Assembly: GCA_963698885.1 (NCBI GenBank)
Contig: CAVOSJ010000002.1
Coordinates: 369,169 to 433,168 of the forward strand
Direction: 5' to 3'
DNA: 64,000 nucleotides
DNA from: Nitrospirota bacterium
Lineage (GTDB): Bacteria; Nitrospirota; JACRHJ01
The position numbers and the translations under genes are program-made. Shown one piece after another: positions 30,278-39,905 of this stretch. The notes beneath the pieces were generated by a model, which had not been told where the DNA came from, did not search any database, and worked only from the letters and a program-made list of their open reading frames with translations. Within the stretch, counting starts at the first letter, position 1, and the number at the start of each line of letters is the position of its first letter.

Positions 30278-30955
30278 ATGAAAATCTATAAAACGACATA
30301 TCCGCTCCTATGCCTCTTTGTGGTCTTAACCCTGTGGGGTTGCGCCTCAATAAATAGAAAAGAGGTAATCGGAACGGTAAGCGGCAAGCCGTTTACGGCT
30401 CAGGACGTGGAGCGCGCGGCAGGCAAGCTGAAACCGTACGGAGGCGATGACGGAGATTGCCCGGCCGCCCCGGAAGAACTGGCATCGGAAAGAAGGGCAT
30501 TGCTGAGGATGGCCCTGAAGCTGAAAATCGACGAAGACCCCCGTTTCATAGAGGCGCTTGAGAGGTATTGGGAAAATGCCTTGATATCGGAGCTACTGGA
30601 TAAAAAGAAAGAGGAACTGAGTACGGTCGAGGCGGACGATAAGGAGGCCCGCGATTATGCAGATTATATGGGGACGGATATAAAATATATGGAAGATGGA
30701 AAAATTAAAGATGTTTGCTGTCAGGATATCGGGCCGAAGTTCGCTAAGGAACTTTGTGCGATGAGACCGGGCGAGGTGAAGCGTTTAAAAAAGGGGGGTA
30801 AATCCGTCGTCGTACGAATCATCGAGAGGAAGAAGGAGCCCCATCCTATTGAACTGCACTGGGATGAGCTGAAGGCGCTCGTAACGCAAAGGAAGCGGGC
30901 GGAAGCGCTTGAGGAATGGATAAATTCCGCGGCCGAGGAAGCGGCAGTTCAATGA
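30278..30955 (+). CDS. Lipoprotein, hypothetical (possible SurA-N-like chaperone fold)
   Basis: Lipobox LWGCAS. Charged helical protein with no catalytic motif. Confidence 0.45.
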   Translation: MKIYKTTYPLLCLFVVLTLWGCASINRKEVIGTVSGKPFTAQDVERAAGKLKPYGGDDGDCPAAPEELASERRALLRMALKLKIDEDPRFIEALERYWENALISELLDKKKEELSTVEADDKEARDYADYMGTDIKYMEDGKIKDVCCQDIGPKFAKELCAMRPGEVKRLKKGGKSVVVRIIERKKEPHPIELHWDELKALVTQRKRAEALEEWINSAAEEAAVQ

Positions 30956-31075
30956 AATAGCGGCGGAACATTCCATAATTTCTCAAAAGGAATACCACAG
31001 TCTGATGAATATACCCGGATTTTTCAGGACCAGCAATGCGTAACTCCGTAACTAACGTAAATTTAAGGGGCATCT

Positions 31076-31582
31076 GTGAAGGTCATCTCGGCCCTGACGG
31101 CATTTCTGCTCATCTTTTATTTGACACAGGCCTCCGGGGCTGAAACCTACCGGACTGCATATGCTTCAGTCAATTACGACTCCGTAGAAAAATTCGACGC
31201 TTTTGAACAGGCCATGTCGCCCGCGTTCCACAGGACGCGCGGCCCGGAGTCTCCCTTCCTTTCGCGGAAAATAGATAAAATAGTAGAGGACGTCGAGTCC
31301 TTCCTGGATATGTATCCGAAGAACTTCACAGTAAATATAGTCTTGCTTGTAAAACGAGGCGACCTGCAAAAAGAATATAATGCGGGCGGCGGAGACAAGA
31401 ATGTGCTTGGTTTTTTCCAGCAGAGTTCCATGACCATCTATGTAAGCGTGGACGACGTAACGCCCAAAATATTGACGCACGAGGTGGCGCACGCGATAAT
31501 AAGCGCCTATTTCAAAGGCGCGGTCCCGCCGAATACGCAGGAAATTCTGGCAATCTCCGCCGGCGAACAGTTGAAGGAATAA
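31076..31582 (+). CDS. Secreted protein with HExxH motif (putative small metallopeptidase-like)
   Basis: Signal peptide. HEVAHAI near the C-terminus. Confidence 0.4.
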   Translation: MKVISALTAFLLIFYLTQASGAETYRTAYASVNYDSVEKFDAFEQAMSPAFHRTRGPESPFLSRKIDKIVEDVESFLDMYPKNFTVNIVLLVKRGDLQKEYNAGGGDKNVLGFFQQSSMTIYVSVDDVTPKILTHEVAHAIISAYFKGAVPPNTQEILAISAGEQLKE

Positions 31583-31973
31583 TCAGCGCACTAATTCAAG
31601 GCCAAAAGGGGCGAAGATCGACACTTTGCGCTGGAATTCTCAAACTGACTCTTATTTATCCGTTACGAAGCCAAGTTTCAATCCCTTTCATCTTCATCCT
31701 CCATATGCTGAAAGTTGTCTTTGAAGTTTAGCCAAAAGCTGATACAGCTGATACACTTTAGTAACGATATCAGTAAAATTGAGGGGCTACATGATCTGCT
31801 CGATGATCGCCTCTATGTTTATTGGGGTATTTCTATCGATAGATCTCGCTGACATGGTTGCGTTGCTATTTGTGACCGCCATGTTTGTTTTCATAGGAAC
31901 CCTTCTTGCCTTCTTGCGTGAAATATTTATTGCGGCCAAGGCCCCGCGGATTGGGATGAAGTAGGATATATCC

Positions 31974-33078
31974 ATGAACGCAACTGTCTTTGACATAAAG
32001 AAAGGTGTCTTTCAAGTCTCGGGCGACGAGCTATCGCGGCTCCTCCCGGCAGATGGTTTTTTCTGGCTCGACATCGATGGCGCTTCGGAGGAGGAAATCC
32101 AGTCGGCAGCAACAGCTCTTCAACTTTCCGAACCGATGGGTTCCTGGCTTCCGCGCTTCGGGCAACGGGCCAGATTCGAGGTAGGCAGGCAGCAAACCCG
32201 GATATCCACATGGGGGGTCGGGGCTTCCGGACTGCCAGTCGAGGTACACATTCTTTTTACACAATCGTGGCTTCTCACAGTCCACGCCGGTGCCGGCAGT
32301 TCAATGGACCGGGCGCGCAGCATAAACCGGGTATATCGTCCAGTCAATTGAGGCACAGCACTTTTTGGGCCTTCTCATCATACTGGCCGAGCTGTTGACC
32401 AGTTTTGACCCTTTAATCGAGCATTTGGATGAATTGCTTTATGCCTTGGAGGAACAGGTAATCCAAACGCCAAAGGAAGCGCAGATAGACCAACTCGTGA
32501 AACTGCGTAAGCAGTTGTGGTCACTGCACAGGATTTGGGAGCCACAGCAAGGGGCGGCGAAACAACTCTCGTTCTATGTCAAGGGAAGGCCAGGAATCAG
32601 TGAGCAGGCAGATCGAGTCCGTGACTATGCAGAGCGCATCTCGGACCTCATGGACAGCATCGATGACCTGCGCCAGAGGGCCACTGAAGCGATGGAGAGC
32701 TACGGGACCAGTGTTTCCAATAGACAGTCTCAAGTCATCAACCGTTTGACAATCATCTCTGCTGTTTTTCTCCCGCTGACTTTTCTGGCCGGCTTCTTCG
32801 GAATGAATTTTCAATGGATGATCGACCGTCTGGATTCGCTTGGAGCCTTTCTTTTTCTTGGAGTCGGCCTGTTCGTTGCTATACTGGTTGCCACCTTGTC
32901 ACTCTTCAGGGGTAAGGGATGGCTGGGTGAAAATCAGGCGAGGAAACCTGAGGCAGTAACAGCTCCAACGGTATCCGGGCCGCAAGCAACGGATGTCAAA
33001 AAAGACAGACCAAGCAGCTGTCCACCTGCTAAAGATGAGTTATTTCATCCGTCAGAACCGCCCGGCCCGCAGAAATGA
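31974..33078 (+). CDS. corA: CorA-family Mg2+/Co2+ transporter, apparent frameshift near 32320-32365
   Basis: C-terminal ORF has the two TM helices and the GMNF signature. The N-terminal cytoplasmic domain lies in ORF 31974-32351 in another frame. Confidence 0.7.
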
Positions 33079-33090
33079 TATGGGGATACG

Positions 33091-34806
33091 ATGACAAAGG
33101 GCAAGATGGACGCACAGGGCATTCGGCTGCCTGTCTTACAGGGGATATTACCTATCAAGGGGGACCAGGCGCTGACAGATATCATTGCCGGCATCACGCT
33201 GGCCGCCCTTGCCATCCCTGAAGTGATGGGCTACACGAAGATCGCAGGCACACCGGTGATCACGGGCCTCTACACCATCTTAGTCCCTATGACTCTTTTC
33301 GCACTGTTCGGCTCCTCCCGGCACCTCGTCGTCGGTGCCGACTCTGCCACAGCGGCCATACTCGCTGGCGGGATTACCGGGATGGCCGCCTCCGGATCCG
33401 CTGAGTGGCTTGCACTGGCAGAAGTCCTCGCGCTCCTGTCGGCTGGTTTCCTGATCATCGCCCGTCTTATTCGCCTTGGATTCCTTGCGGATTTTCTGTC
33501 GCGAACAGTGCTCGTCGGGTTCCTGTCAGGCGTAGGCATCCAAGTCGCTCTCGGCGAGATCCCGGATATGTTAGGGCTTCCGGGAAGAGGACATGGCCCG
33601 ATCCTCAGTTTCATCAGCGGCCTACGCCAGATCGAAGAGACAAACCTCTACGCCCTGGTCGTCTCCGTGGCCGTGCTCGCTGTCATCGTCGGAACGAAAA
33701 GGATATCGAAAAAGATCCCCGGCGCGCTGATAGCAGTGATGGCTGCCATTGTCGCCAGCCGGGCGCTTGGTCTGGAAGCATACGGAGTACAGATGCTTGG
33801 CGCGGTTCCGGGTGGCCTGCCGGAGATCGGTCTGCCGGACATCCATTTGGACACGGGCCTCATCCTTAAGTTGCTTCCCACCGCGTTAGCAATGTTCGTG
33901 GTGATCCTGACCCAAAGCGCAGCGACGTCTCGCGCCTACGCGGCCCGTTATGACGAGCGCTTCAGCGAAAACGTGGATCTGGTGGGCCTGGGCCTTGCCA
34001 ATATTGGAGCTGCGTTGAGCGGAACTTTTGTCGTGAACGGAAGCCCGACCAAGACTCAGATGGTCGATAGCGCGGGTGGTAGAAGTCAACTCGCGCAGAT
34101 CACCACGAGCGCCGTTGTCTTACTGGTGCTGCTTTTCCTGACGGGTCCGCTGGCCAGCATGCCGACTGTTGTCCTCTCTGCAGTGGTATTCTTGATCGGC
34201 GTTGAATTGATAGACGTCAAAGGGATGCGGAAGATCTGGATCCAACGCCCGTCGGAATTCTGGGTGGCGTTGATTACGGCCATGGTGGTGGTGGTCGTCG
34301 GCGTCGAGCAGGGCATTATCCTTGCGATGGTACTGTCACTTGTAGAGCACGTGCGGCGAAGCTACCGAAGTAAGAACGTTGTGATCGCACACGACGAGGC
34401 GGGTAGCTGGCTGGCGTTGCCGGTGACTACCCCCAAGCAAATCCGGCCCGGCCTGCTGGTATATCGTTTCGCTCACACGATGTACTATGCAAACACCGAA
34501 CAGCTCTCGCGGGAGGTTATCGAACTCGCTAAAGGGGCAGAACCGCCTCTGGTCTGGTTCTGTATCGATGCATCCGCGGTAGCTGATGTTGATTTCTCGG
34601 CAGCCGCAACTCTACGCGAAATCTACGGCATTCTCAAGGGACAGAGTATCCGACTTGTGTTTTGTGATGTTATCGACCTCGTCAAAGCCGAGTTGGACAG
34701 GTACGAACTTACTGCTCTGATAGGGGAAGACGCCTTTTACGAAAGTATCAGTGCTGTAGTAAGCGCATATGCCAAAAAGTCACCTGGCGACATTACGAAA
34801 AACTAA
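33091..34806 (+). CDS. SulP-family sulfate/anion permease with C-terminal STAS domain
   Basis: 571 aa, ~11 TM helices, SulP N-terminal motif (GITLAALAIPEVMGYTKIAG), C-terminal STAS. Confidence 0.85.
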   Translation: MTKGKMDAQGIRLPVLQGILPIKGDQALTDIIAGITLAALAIPEVMGYTKIAGTPVITGLYTILVPMTLFALFGSSRHLVVGADSATAAILAGGITGMAASGSAEWLALAEVLALLSAGFLIIARLIRLGFLADFLSRTVLVGFLSGVGIQVALGEIPDMLGLPGRGHGPILSFISGLRQIEETNLYALVVSVAVLAVIVGTKRISKKIPGALIAVMAAIVASRALGLEAYGVQMLGAVPGGLPEIGLPDIHLDTGLILKLLPTALAMFVVILTQSAATSRAYAARYDERFSENVDLVGLGLANIGAALSGTFVVNGSPTKTQMVDSAGGRSQLAQITTSAVVLLVLLFLTGPLASMPTVVLSAVVFLIGVELIDVKGMRKIWIQRPSEFWVALITAMVVVVVGVEQGIILAMVLSLVEHVRRSYRSKNVVIAHDEAGSWLALPVTTPKQIRPGLLVYRFAHTMYYANTEQLSREVIELAKGAEPPLVWFCIDASAVADVDFSAAATLREIYGILKGQSIRLVFCDVIDLVKAELDRYELTALIGEDAFYESISAVVSAYAKKSPGDITKN

Positions 34807-34819
34807 CACCCTCTTCGAA

Positions 34820-34852
34820 ATTTAACACCCCTTTAATAAATTTGTAACTTCC
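34820..34852 (+). promoter_or_regulatory. Three tandem 11-bp direct repeats (ATTTAACACCC / CTTTAATAAAT / TTGTAACTTCC) upstream of the DUF3047 gene
   Basis: 11-bp periodicity with a conserved TTTAAC/TGTAAC core. The same architecture occurs at 37660-37692. Confidence 0.4.
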
Positions 34853-34870
34853 CGGCATTATGATTCGCGC

Positions 34871-35530
34871 ATGTTACTAAACCGATTGTTGCTGGCATTT
34901 GTTACGTTCATCACGCTTTTTACCATGACTGACACGCTGTTCGCAGGGGAGGAACTCTTCTGGGGCCCTGGCGTGGCCGGGAAGGGCGGCATAGCGCCAG
35001 ACTGGGAGCTACAGGTAAAGGACGGGAAGCCCATGTACGGCATCGTAGAGGACGAAGGCGTGAAGGCCTTTGAGATGAAAAGCTATAACTCGTCATTTGC
35101 GGTACAGAGACAGATAAAAGTTAACATTGGTGAGTACCCTTATATTTCCTGGCGCTGGAAGGCGATAGAACTACCGAAAGGCGGCGACTTCCGCAAAAGC
35201 GGCAAGGATGATCAGGCGGCGCAAGTTTTCGTTGCGTTCCCGGGCCGTAAATCGATAAGCTATATCTGGGACACCACCGCTCCGGTCGGATCGGTCGGAG
35301 CGTTCAGCATCCCGCTCGTTATGAATGTAAAAATAATCGTGGTAACCTCCGGCGAGGCCGACATTGGCAAATGGGTGACCGTCACCAGGAACGTGTACGA
35401 GGACTACAAAAGACTTTACGGCGAGGAGCCTCCCCCCGCTGAAGGTATTCGCTTTCAGATAAACTCACAGCACACAAAAACTACGGCGTGCGCCAGATTG
35501 GCGTGGCTTCAGTTCAAAAAGAACCCATAA
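34871..35530 (+). CDS. Secreted DUF3047-domain protein
   Basis: Signal peptide. Conserved W/G-rich DUF3047-like pattern (ISWRWKA...). Confidence 0.55.
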   Translation: MLLNRLLLAFVTFITLFTMTDTLFAGEELFWGPGVAGKGGIAPDWELQVKDGKPMYGIVEDEGVKAFEMKSYNSSFAVQRQIKVNIGEYPYISWRWKAIELPKGGDFRKSGKDDQAAQVFVAFPGRKSISYIWDTTAPVGSVGAFSIPLVMNVKIIVVTSGEADIGKWVTVTRNVYEDYKRLYGEEPPPAEGIRFQINSQHTKTTACARLAWLQFKKNP

Positions 35531-35731
35531 TCCGCCACATACCGCCTAACTGCCCGTGACGACAGCGTTTTTTAAGTTGCCGGTATCGCCCTTGCACTAT
35601 ATGCTCAGGTCAAGGTAGTATCCGGTACTTTCTGCGATAGGCGGGTAATGAAAAAATAGCGGGGGTGGGCCTTAAGAGCGTCGAGTTATGCTATATACTT
35701 AAGTAATAGGTCACATGATAAGGAGGGTGTT

Positions 35732-36334
35732 ATGGCAAGGGAAAAGGCGTTGAGTCATGGCGGGGAAGGGTTAGGAAGCGCGGGCACTACCGTAAAAGGA
35801 GAGATTGCATCCAGCCTGCGAGGACTGAACGAGATTGAGGCGGAGATTGTAAGCCTTGTCCGCGATACAGTTTCAAATACGCTCAAAGCGACCGGCGCGG
35901 TGGCGGATGAAGCCGTGAAGGTGACAGCGGATGTCCTGAAAGGCGCGATACAGGCTTCAGAGGAAGTGGGCGCGAACCTTATCAACAGCACGAGAAACGT
36001 CGCTAAAGGCGCTGTTATGGGGATAAGCGATGTAAGCGGCGACGTCATTACGGCTGCAAGCCAGACCGCAAAAGGAGCGGTTAAAGGAGCCGCCGATGTC
36101 GGAGCAGACGTTGCGGTTGTGGCAAAAAGTGCGGTAGACGGCGTTATCGAGGGTGCCAGTGAAATAGGCGGGAACGTGGTAGGCGTTGCTGTTTCGGCGG
36201 TGCGCGGCGCAATCGAGGCCGCGGGCTCGATCGGAAATACTGCCGTAGCCGCCGTACGGGACATACTCGTCGGAGTGGAGGGCAGCGTAAAAGAGGTAGC
36301 CAGCGCGGCGATTCCTAAGAGGAAAGTCGCATAA
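35732..36334 (+). CDS. Ala/Val/Gly-rich protein built from ~9 tandem 11-residue repeats (predicted amphipathic 11/3 helix)
   Basis: AAGGAGGG RBS. Repeats AKGAVMGISDV / SGDVITAASQT / AKGAVKGAADV / GADVAVVAKSA / VDGVIEGASEI ... Confidence 0.55.
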   Translation: MAREKALSHGGEGLGSAGTTVKGEIASSLRGLNEIEAEIVSLVRDTVSNTLKATGAVADEAVKVTADVLKGAIQASEEVGANLINSTRNVAKGAVMGISDVSGDVITAASQTAKGAVKGAADVGADVAVVAKSAVDGVIEGASEIGGNVVGVAVSAVRGAIEAAGSIGNTAVAAVRDILVGVEGSVKEVASAAIPKRKVA

Positions 36335-36348
36335 ACGGGACGCGGACA

Positions 36349-37122
36349 GTGCGGGTCATAGCCTTAGTGAACCTGAAGGGTGGTGTAGGTAAAACTACAA
36401 CCACGGTAAATATAGGCGCCGGGCTCAGGCAGTTGGGTAAAAAAATCCTTCTGGTCGACCTCGACCCGCAGGCGCAGCTGACCTATTCGCTTGGTATTCC
36501 GGCCCATGAGCTAAAACTGACTGTTTACGAGCTTTTGAAGGGCGAAACAAAACTGGATAAAGTGGTTTTTAAGCGTAAAATCCCGGATTCCAGTTCGTTT
36601 ATCGATGTTATCCCTTCAAGCATAAACCTCTCGGGGGCGGAAATAGAGCTATCCGGGATGGCGGGAAGGGAGTTTTTACTCAAAGAAATTCTGGAAGGGC
36701 TCGCTGGATACGATTACGTGCTTATGGACTGCCCCCCGAGCCTTGGCGTCCTCACGCTTAACGCCCTCACATCCGCGCAAGAAGCGTTCATCCCGTTGCA
36801 GACGGAGTACCTGGCGTTGCAGGGCATGGCCAAGCTGGTGGAAACGGTCCAGCTTGTAAAGCGGCGATTAAACCCGGGGCTTGATATAACAGGCATAATA
36901 GGTACGCGGTTCCATCGCCGTAAAAAACTAAACCAGGAAGTAGTGGAGAAAATCAAGGAGAGTTTCGGCAACAAGCTCTTTGGTACTCTCATAAGAGATA
37001 ATATAGCCTTGGCCGAGGCCCCGAGTTTCGGAAAGACTATATTTGAATACAGACCTGGAAGCGCCGGGGCGGAAGACTATATGAACCTTTGCAAGGAAAT
37101 TTTACAACGGGGTAAGCCATGA
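36349..37122 (+). CDS. Orphan ParA/MinD-family ATPase (no N-terminal HTH)
   Basis: Deviant Walker A KGGVGKTT at residues 10-17. 257 aa with ParA-like Walker A' and B regions. Confidence 0.85.
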   Translation: MRVIALVNLKGGVGKTTTTVNIGAGLRQLGKKILLVDLDPQAQLTYSLGIPAHELKLTVYELLKGETKLDKVVFKRKIPDSSSFIDVIPSSINLSGAEIELSGMAGREFLLKEILEGLAGYDYVLMDCPPSLGVLTLNALTSAQEAFIPLQTEYLALQGMAKLVETVQLVKRRLNPGLDITGIIGTRFHRRKKLNQEVVEKIKESFGNKLFGTLIRDNIALAEAPSFGKTIFEYRPGSAGAEDYMNLCKEILQRGKP

Positions 37123-37502
37123 CGGATAAAGCACGGTTGGGTAAGGACCCTTTCAAGGCTTCCGGTATTAATACACTCATCCAGGATACAAGGGAAGAGG
37201 GTGCTCATTTGATGATGAAGAGGTGGGAATATAAAGAGGTCCTGTCTTACGAGGGATTTATAAACATCGGAATGGGCGAGGAAGAATTCAGGAAGCTCGC
37301 GAAAGATGCATCCCACTGGATAACCAGCTCACGGAATATTGCAATCAAGGCCATCGGCAAATTCAAGGATAAAGGGCAGGTAAGCGAACTGCCGGATTAT
37401 ATTAACGCTCTCGGCGCGGAGGGATGGGAGCTTGTCAGCGTCATATACGAACCCAAAGGGGAGTTGTTAAAGCTGTTCTTTAAACGCCCAATTGCCGGAT
37501 AA
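37119..37502 (+). CDS. DUF4177-domain protein with basic N-terminal extension, translationally coupled to ParA
   Basis: 4-nt overlap with the ParA stop. DUF4177-like WEYKEV...GAEGWELVSV. N-terminus MTDKARLGKDPFKAS. Confidence 0.55.
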   Translation: MTDKARLGKDPFKASGINTLIQDTREEGAHLMMKRWEYKEVLSYEGFINIGMGEEEFRKLAKDASHWITSSRNIAIKAIGKFKDKGQVSELPDYINALGAEGWELVSVIYEPKGELLKLFFKRPIAG

Positions 37503-37659
37503 GCGCAACCGGAATGATTTCCGGCCTTCAACTGAACATGAGCGGCGTCGCTGTCCAAGCGATGCCCTGCCAAATTCCTCCAAGTCAAGCAACGCCACCA
37601 TTGAATTCAGGGTTGCGCCAACGAAACTCTCTCTTCCTTCCGTCTAAATCTTAAAGGTA

Positions 37660-37692
37660 TTTTAACTTCTCTTTAACTTATCTGTAACTTCC
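37660..37692 (+). promoter_or_regulatory. Three tandem 11-bp direct repeats (TTTTAACTTCT / CTTTAACTTAT / CTGTAACTTCC) upstream of the phosphoesterase gene
   Basis: Same periodicity and terminal TGTAACTTCC unit as at 34842-34852. A fourth TTTAAC lies at 37703. Confidence 0.4.
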
Positions 37693-37794
37693 GGGAATTA
37701 TACTTTAACCAATTCCGCGTACATATCAAATCCGGAAGGGAGCCTTATGTTATGGGAGCCTTATGTGCTATCACACAATCATAAGGAGGTAATC

Positions 37795-39841
37795 GTGAGG
37801 CTATTTAAGAAGACTTGTTTTGCCTTGGCCATTGCGGCAGTCTTTCAGGCCGCTTTTATCCAGGCCGGGTGCGCCGGGACGACTATGCCGACTGTAACGG
37901 CACAGCCTAATGTCGGGTCCGATGTTCAGCCTTATTTCATAAAGCCGACCGCGACCCCCAAACTTTCGAAGAAGCAGATTCAGGCCCTGTTGCGGGAAAA
38001 AATCAAGTATGTTTTTGTAATATTCAACGAGAACCACTCGTTTGACAACGAGTTCGGCACATTTCCGGGTGTCAACGGCATATACTCCGACGGCGTAAAA
38101 CCCCGTTCCGCCCAGAACACGCCCGGCTATTTCCAGAATTATACGGGCGCAAATGGGGTCGTTCAGGTTACGCCGTTCAGGATCGGGCCCGACCAGAACG
38201 CCACCGTCGTAGACAGCGTGGACCACTCGCACACCGGACTCGCGACCAAGATGCATATCGTAAAGGGCAAGCCCACGATGAATAAATACGCCTACCGCGA
38301 ATACAGCCGCTTCGCTTCGTTGGGCGGTGCGGCCAACATTGCCAAGGGCACACAGTTCGCCAGACTCGTGATGTCGCATATCGACGGCGACACTATTCCG
38401 TTCTTCTGGCAGTGGGCCAGCCGCTTCACGATATTCGACAACATCTTTGCGACGGAAGACACGCCCTCCACCCCGAACGCGGTGGCGATGATAGCGGGCC
38501 AGTCGGGTGAAACCCAGTGGGTCAAACACGGCCCGAACGGCCAAAAATATGTTATTGGCCAACACCTCCAGCTATTCTACCCAGGGGCCGCCGCTGGTGA
38601 ACGACCCGCAGCCCTTCTACGGTTCCCAGTTCGATAATACGACGGGCATTAACAGGCAGCCCGCCGGACCGAAAGAGAGTTACGCCAATAACAATATCGC
38701 CTCTAACCTGACCTTCGCCACTGTGCCGCTCACCTGTATGGGAAGCGATATTAACACCGCGGCGGGGGTGGCTGGGAACCTGAACCCTGCTTTCGACCTG
38801 CCCGACATCCAGCAGGACATCGCGTACATTGCCAAACTCGCGACTACGCCGGTCAACTGGCGCTGGTACCAGGAAGGTTACGACCTCGAATCCACCGATG
38901 CGGGCGGCGTCGACTCGCATAATTCTTACGTCAGCCATCACCAGGGGCCGCAGTACTTCGGTTATCTCGCAAACACTCCGCCGCTGCGCCAGCACTTACG
39001 CGGCATGACCGATTTCTTCACGGATATGGGGGCTGTAACTGCAGATAATCCATTGCCCGCGGGCGTGTACTACATCCGGGGCGGCTACACGAACCAGATG
39101 GGGCTGCTGCCTCCTATCACTAACCCCGCCACGCCAGCAGGCGAGATCACGGCAATTGACGCGGCCAAAGCCGGAGACGACGACCACCCCAGCTACTCCG
39201 ACCGGCAGTTAAGCGAGGCGATGGCCGCCCGCGCGATTAACATCATCGCAAGGAATCCGGAGATCTGGAGCCAGTGCGCAATCATCATCACCTATGATGA
39301 GTCGGACGGCTTCTACGACCACGTGCCGCCGCGCATCCTCTCGTACGGCCCAGACGGCCTTCCGCAGTCCCGAGGCGCGCGCGTGCCGCTGATATTGATC
39401 TCGCCCTTCGCGCGTACGCACGCCGTCTCGCACGCTGAAGGCGACCACAACTCCGTAATAGAAACCATCAATTCGATCTTCGGCCTGCCCGCTCTCGCCA
39501 GCCTGCCCGACGAGGCGCAGGCGCTCAAGGCCGGCAATTCCAAGGCGTTCAACCAGTTCGGCCCGAAAGGCTTCAAGCAGAAGTATCTCGGACCGCGCGA
39601 TATCAACTCGCCGATTACGGACAGTCTTTTGTCTGGTTTCGAGCCTGGACGCCTGACGGGCGATGAGCCGCTGCTGCCGTCCTTTCTTGCGACAATTCCC
39701 GACCAGTTCGTGAATTCGCTGCCGCACTACGGCGGACAAGGCAACTCCGTGGTCGGGATCGTCCCGACGGACCAGGGACTAAACGACACACCTCCCGCAG
39801 GCTTTAATCCGCTGCCGAGCACTTATCCCGCCGCAAACTGA
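37795..39841 (+). CDS. Phosphoesterase-family protein (phospholipase C / AcpA-like acid phosphatase), apparent frameshift near 38550
   Basis: AAGGAGG RBS plus GTG start. Signal peptide. Phosphoesterase motifs in ORF 37747-38637; coding continues in ORF 38507-39841 in another frame. Combined length ~680 aa. Confidence 0.7.
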
Positions 39842-39856
39842 GAACGTAAGGATTAA

Positions 39857-39887
39857 AGGGCGCGCCCGTGCGGCGCGCCCTGTTTTT
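39857..39887 (+). terminator. Rho-independent terminator
   Basis: AGGGCGCGCCcgtgCGGCGCGCCCTgttttt. Confidence 0.7.
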
Positions 39888-39905
39888 AATAATAGGAGGA
39901 TATTC

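Noticed and set aside
31779-31964. 61-aa hydrophobic ORF upstream of corA as a small membrane protein gene
   Set aside because: Possible, but no RBS and its composition could be chance in a leader region. Left out of the confident set.
34842-34870. TTGTAACTTCC-GG-CATTAT motif read as a sigma-54 (-24/-12) or sigma-70 promoter
   Set aside because: GG-to-GC spacing does not fit TGGCAC-N5-TTGC, and TTGTAA to TATGAT spacing is 11 nt rather than 16-18. The 11-bp tandem periodicity fits a response-regulator box better.
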